64,000 nucleotides of DNA from TPA_inf: Saccharomyces (Eukaryota), in the NCBI GenBank assembly GCA_000146045.2, contig BK006948.2, positions 384,001 to 448,000 on the forward strand, written 5' to 3'. Position numbers and translations under genes: made by a program. Positions 59,532 through 64,000 of the stretch are shown here, piece after piece (the first letter of the stretch is position 1; each line of letters starts with the position of its first letter). The notes under the pieces are model-generated. The model made no database searches and had not been told where the DNA came from. It saw only the letters and a program-made list of their open reading frames with translations.

Positions 59532-60498
59532 TTTCACTAACAAGGTAGTATATGTTAGAGTCTTGGAGATTTTCGACCTGTTCAGACTGGCCAAAAGAGT
59601 GCTAATATGAAAATGTTCCCTCTTATAATATATAACATCTGTGACAAAAATCTATTCTTCCACCTATCGCCTGCATAACATGAGGCCTTTCCTGCGGGAT
59701 AGCTTTTGCTTCAGGTTCTTCTGAGGTTCTGAAAATCAATATATTTTTCCGACAATTTCTCACTATGCCTCTATCCCCCTTAAAAAGAAACACTTTCTAC
59801 CCTCTTTTCTAAACTCTGCACACTAGACCGAGACAGCAAATCGGAGCCCGAGAGAAAATCCGGAGGACGGAAAAACTAGAAGTAATCTTATGCGGGGAGC
59901 ATGCACCAGAACGCCCAGAAAACGTGAATGACACTACATACTTTGATACGGATGTTGGTATTTTTCCGGCTTTTTCTATTTTATCGATGCCGTGTCTGCT
60001 GCCATTACGTACAGGTAGGCAAAGGCAAACAAGAATAGCACTTTTTCACTTGCTGCTTTTTTTTGTGAATGAAGTTTATCGTATATTCTGTTAGTGCCGC
60101 TCGTATCAGCCACTTACGTTATCATTCTAAAGTAAGTATACGAAATGTGCAAACCTTAGTAGACGTTCAAGAATTGCTCGATAATTGCGAACAAACCAGC
60201 TGCTAAGCCGGGAAGTTAAGTCCTCAACACAGAAATGATGCAAACAATTTATTAAATTCAGTGGTAATGCAACAGCAAGAGGAAAGGTGGAGGGATTAAC
60301 GCATTTCAGACAGCTTTATAGGGGGAAAGAAAGCACTCGCAAACTTGCTGCCTGTTCGCAGTCATTGGTTGCAAAAACTAAACTCTACTCACGCACACTG
60401 GAATGAATGGCAATATTCTTTTTTAGGTTAACCGGCCGGACAGTAATATAGTAATCGTTTTGTACGTTTTTCAAGAAGCGACGCACAACTGTTTTCCA

Positions 60499-60516
60499 TT
60501 TTTTTTTTTTTTTTTT
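60499..60516. promoter_or_regulatory. T18 poly(dT) tract about 170 bp upstream of the RPL3 ATG (a typical ribosomal-protein promoter element)
   Basis: Homopolymer visible in the sequence. Its position is relative to the RPL3 start. Confidence 0.4.
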
Positions 60517-60685
60517 CAGTGATCATCGTCCATGAAAAAAATTTTTCATTTGTCTCTTTCGTGCTTCCTGGATATATAAAATACGATTTATTTAGTTGTC
60601 TTTGTCAATCCTCATCTTTCTTTACTCATTATTTCATTTCGGTTTTGTCATCTCTAGAACAACACAGTTACTACAACAATCAATC

Positions 60686-61849
60686 ATGTCTCACAGAAAG
60701 TACGAAGCACCACGTCACGGTCATTTAGGTTTCTTGCCAAGAAAGAGAGCTGCCTCCATCAGAGCTAGAGTTAAGGCTTTTCCAAAGGATGACAGATCCA
60801 AGCCAGTTGCTCTAACTTCCTTCTTGGGTTACAAGGCTGGTATGACCACCATTGTCAGAGATTTGGACAGACCAGGTTCTAAGTTCCACAAGCGTGAAGT
60901 TGTCGAAGCTGTCACCGTTGTTGACACTCCACCAGTTGTCGTTGTTGGTGTTGTCGGTTACGTCGAAACCCCAAGAGGTTTGAGATCTTTGACCACCGTC
61001 TGGGCTGAACATTTGTCTGACGAAGTCAAGAGAAGATTCTACAAGAACTGGTACAAGTCTAAGAAGAAGGCTTTCACCAAATACTCTGCCAAGTACGCTC
61101 AAGATGGTGCTGGTATTGAAAGAGAATTGGCTAGAATCAAGAAGTACGCTTCCGTCGTCAGAGTTTTGGTCCACACTCAAATCAGAAAGACTCCATTGGC
61201 TCAAAAGAAGGCTCATTTGGCTGAAATCCAATTGAACGGTGGTTCCATCTCTGAAAAGGTTGACTGGGCTCGTGAACATTTCGAAAAGACTGTTGCTGTC
61301 GACAGCGTTTTTGAACAAAACGAAATGATTGACGCTATTGCTGTCACCAAGGGTCACGGTTTCGAAGGTGTTACCCACAGATGGGGTACTAAGAAATTGC
61401 CAAGAAAGACTCACAGAGGTCTAAGAAAGGTTGCTTGTATTGGTGCTTGGCATCCAGCCCACGTTATGTGGAGTGTTGCCAGAGCTGGTCAAAGAGGTTA
61501 CCATTCCAGAACCTCCATTAACCACAAGATTTACAGAGTCGGTAAGGGTGATGATGAAGCTAACGGTGCTACCAGCTTCGACAGAACCAAGAAGACTATT
61601 ACCCCAATGGGTGGTTTCGTCCACTACGGTGAAATTAAGAACGACTTCATCATGGTTAAAGGTTGTATCCCAGGTAACAGAAAGAGAATTGTTACTTTGA
61701 GAAAGTCTTTGTACACCAACACTTCTAGAAAGGCTTTGGAAGAAGTCAGCTTGAAGTGGATTGACACTGCTTCTAAGTTCGGTAAGGGTAGATTCCAAAC
61801 CCCAGCTGAAAAGCATGCTTTCATGGGTACTTTGAAGAAGGACTTGTAA
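60686..61849 (+). CDS. RPL3: 60S ribosomal protein L3 (387 aa), intronless
   Basis: [22 protein letters not shown]... Strong codon bias. The ORF track extends 30 codons upstream (60596), but the canonical start is the ATG at 60686. Confidence 0.97.
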
Positions 61850-62078
61850 GAAGTTTTGTTAGAAAATAAATCATTTTTTAATTGAGCATTCTTATTCCTA
61901 TTTTATTTAAATAGTTTTATGTATTGTTAGCTACATACAACAGTTTAAATCAAATTTTCTTTTTCCCAAGTCCAAAATGGAGGTTTATTTTGATGACCCG
62001 CATGCGATTATGTTTTGAAAGTATAAGACTACATACATGTACATATATTTAAACATGTAAACCCGTCCATTATATTGC

Positions 62079-62738
62079 TTACTTTCTTCTTTTTTGCCGT
62101 TTTGACTTGGACCTCTGGTTTGCTATTTCCTTACAATCTTTGCTACAATACCATTTGCCCTTGGGAGCTTGTTTCAGGCCTACGCAACCATAATGGAACC
62201 ACTCGAAGGGACAAGCCGGATTATCACAAGCCACCATTGGCCCATAAGATACATTCCTACAGAAACAATAAACCTCCTCTTGATTATTATTACCCTCTGT
62301 TACATCACCCTGGTTAATCCCAATTGTGGGGCTAGTTATGCTCTCTTTTCTTTCCCTCGATTTAGCCTTTTTCAAGTTAATCTTTAAAAGCAGTTTTGGC
62401 TCCTTATATGCTCCTGGTTCTTCTAACGTCAACTTCGACTTGATATTCTCTAGCGAAGAGTTGAAATTTTTTGTCACTGACTTCTGTATCTCTAGTTCCT
62501 TCTTATGCTGCTTTAAGAAATGAATCTGATCATCGACCAGATCATTAATATAAGTCGCTACCAGCAACAGATCCCTACAGGCCCTTTCCATACCAGGCTC
62601 ATCCTCTTCATTCTTGAATAAGTCGATTGTTTGCATCAGTCGAAGAGATCTTATTAGTTCACATGGTAAATGATCCAAAGTGCTAAGGAAACTGTACCTG
62701 ATATCCGAATCCGAGTTTTCGTTGGCGAGATGTTCCAT
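62079..62738 (-). CDS. YNG1: PHD-finger subunit of the NuA3 histone acetyltransferase complex (ING family; 219 aa)
   Basis: C-terminal PHD finger CFCRNVSYGPMVACDNPACPFEWFHYGCVGLKQAPKGKWYCSKDC. Confidence 0.95.
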   Translation of the reverse strand: MEHLANENSDSDIRYSFLSTLDHLPCELIRSLRLMQTIDLFKNEEDEPGMERACRDLLLVATYINDLVDDQIHFLKQHKKELEIQKSVTKNFNSSLENIKSKLTLEEPGAYKEPKLLLKINLKKAKSRERKESITSPTIGINQGDVTEGNNNQEEVYCFCRNVSYGPMVACDNPACPFEWFHYGCVGLKQAPKGKWYCSKDCKEIANQRSKSKRQKRRK

Positions 62739-63438
62739 TGCTGTAGACGAAAAAAACTTCCTTGTAAAGCGGATGTGCTAGCGCATCATACATTTCAGTT
62801 CTATTAAGACTTTCACAGATGCTGTTGTGATGTTCTGTGAGCCAATCCCAAATGTTTGTATAAGGACGGAAATAAGACGGAGCGCCACGTGACTGAAGAT
62901 TTTTTTTTTCTCGGATTTCTTGGTAATGGGCGGCCGGTATTTCCGGCGGCCAAAAAATGCGAGGATTTGGTTGGTGGAGAGGGTCGAGCGCCTTTACCCT
63001 GCGTAGATACTAAGGGGGCTCTTTCTAGTATATAAACAATTTGAATAATAACGAGGTTAGACGTCCAACTGGATCCATAGACTATCTAAGCTTTTAGTAG
63101 AGGCCATTCGTTTTCTTATTAATCATCGGTTTCACAATCTTTCTTTGTTAAGCAACATTTTATACATTTTTGTACTTTATCTTCAAATATTAAGGACAAG
63201 AAAGAAAAAGAAAAAGAATCCATATTCTATATTAGTGTAACACTATTTTTCTTAAATATTTTTTCCAGTACTCCCCCAGTTTGATAAAAAGCATTCATTG
63301 AATTTCCCCACATTTGTGATATCTTCAATTGATTAGTTTGAACTAGTTCTGAAAAATAATATTTTACAATTTGCATTTTCATTACACTATATCATCTACT
63401 ATTTTTTCTCAGAAGCGGAAGTTATAACTAATTTGACA

Positions 63439-64000
63439 ATGTTTTCAAATCTATCTAAACGTTGGGCTCAAAGGACCCTCTCGAAAAGTTTCTACTCTAC
63501 CGCAACAGGTGCTGCTAGTAAATCTGGCAAGCTTACTCAAAAGCTCGTTACAGCGGGTGTTGCTGCCGCCGGTATCACCGCATCGACTTTACTCTATGCA
63601 GACTCCTTAACTGCCGAAGCTATGACCGCAGCTGAACACGGATTGCACGCCCCAGCATATGCTTGGTCCCACAATGGGCCTTTTGAAACATTTGATCATG
63701 CATCCATTAGAAGAGGTTACCAGGTTTACCGTGAAGTTTGTGCCGCCTGCCATTCTCTTGACAGAGTTGCTTGGAGAACTTTGGTTGGTGTTTCTCATAC
63801 CAACGAAGAGGTTCGTAATATGGCCGAAGAATTTGAATACGATGACGAACCTGATGAACAAGGTAACCCTAAAAAGAGACCAGGTAAGTTGTCCGATTAC
63901 ATCCCTGGCCCATACCCAAACGAACAGGCTGCAAGAGCTGCCAATCAAGGTGCCTTGCCACCTGATCTATCTTTGATCGTGAAAGCTAGACACGGTGGTT
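63439..64000 (+). CDS. CYT1: Cytochrome c1 precursor, N-terminal 187 codons (continues beyond the window end)
   Basis: MFSNLSKRWAQRTL... presequence, then the haem motif CAACHSL. Confidence 0.95.
   Translation, partial: MFSNLSKRWAQRTLSKSFYSTATGAASKSGKLTQKLVTAGVAAAGITASTLLYADSLTAEAMTAAEHGLHAPAYAWSHNGPFETFDHASIRRGYQVYREVCAACHSLDRVAWRTLVGVSHTNEEVRNMAEEFEYDDEPDEQGNPKKRPGKLSDYIPGPYPNEQAARAANQGALPPDLSLIVKARHGG

Noticed and set aside
60596-60685. 30-codon N-terminal extension of the RPL3 ORF
   Set aside because: The extension is hydrophobic and non-conserved. The canonical ribosomal L3 N-terminus starts at [12 protein letters not shown], and the T18 promoter tract lies just upstream.

Overview
The window is Saccharomyces cerevisiae nuclear DNA from the right arm of chromosome XV. 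I recognised the proteins and their order: CIN5 (3' part off-window), DFG16, CRS5, HMS1, EXO1, AKR2, SHE4, PEP12, CYC2, HIR2, CKB2, GLO4, CUE5, WHI2, IRC23, TOM6, DBP5, STD1, RAT1, RSB1, ETT1, TMC1, VHS3, NOB1, SGT1, ASE1, tRNA-Lys(UUU), LPL1, SLD7, CKA2, YOR062C, RPL3, YNG1 and the 5' part of CYT1. That is the YOR028C-YOR065W interval. Every large ORF is accounted for by a known yeast gene. Gene lengths and spacing are collinear with the reference strain as far as I can recall it. From remembered coordinates (EXO1, CUE5, WHI2, RPL3) the window appears to be about chrXV 384001-448000; this was not computed.

I found no foreign insertion, no CRISPR, no prokaryotic-style operon and no novel multi-gene system. 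Most likely this is an ordinary core-genome region rather than an accessory island.

The most notable single observation is an in-frame TAA at codon 9 of the metallothionein gene CRS5. It replaces the GAA (Glu) I remember from the reference and would truncate the protein to 8 residues.

Other features:
- a (GAY)n poly-Asp coding microsatellite in VHS3
- an A28 homopolymer between NOB1 and VHS3
- a degenerate solo Ty1/Ty2 delta LTR upstream of the intron-containing tRNA-Lys(UUU)
- a C/D-box snoRNA-like motif arrangement downstream of CUE5 (possibly SNR62)
- an MCB (ACGCGT) element upstream of EXO1
- several genes with in-frame upstream ATGs that make the N-terminus ambiguous from sequence alone
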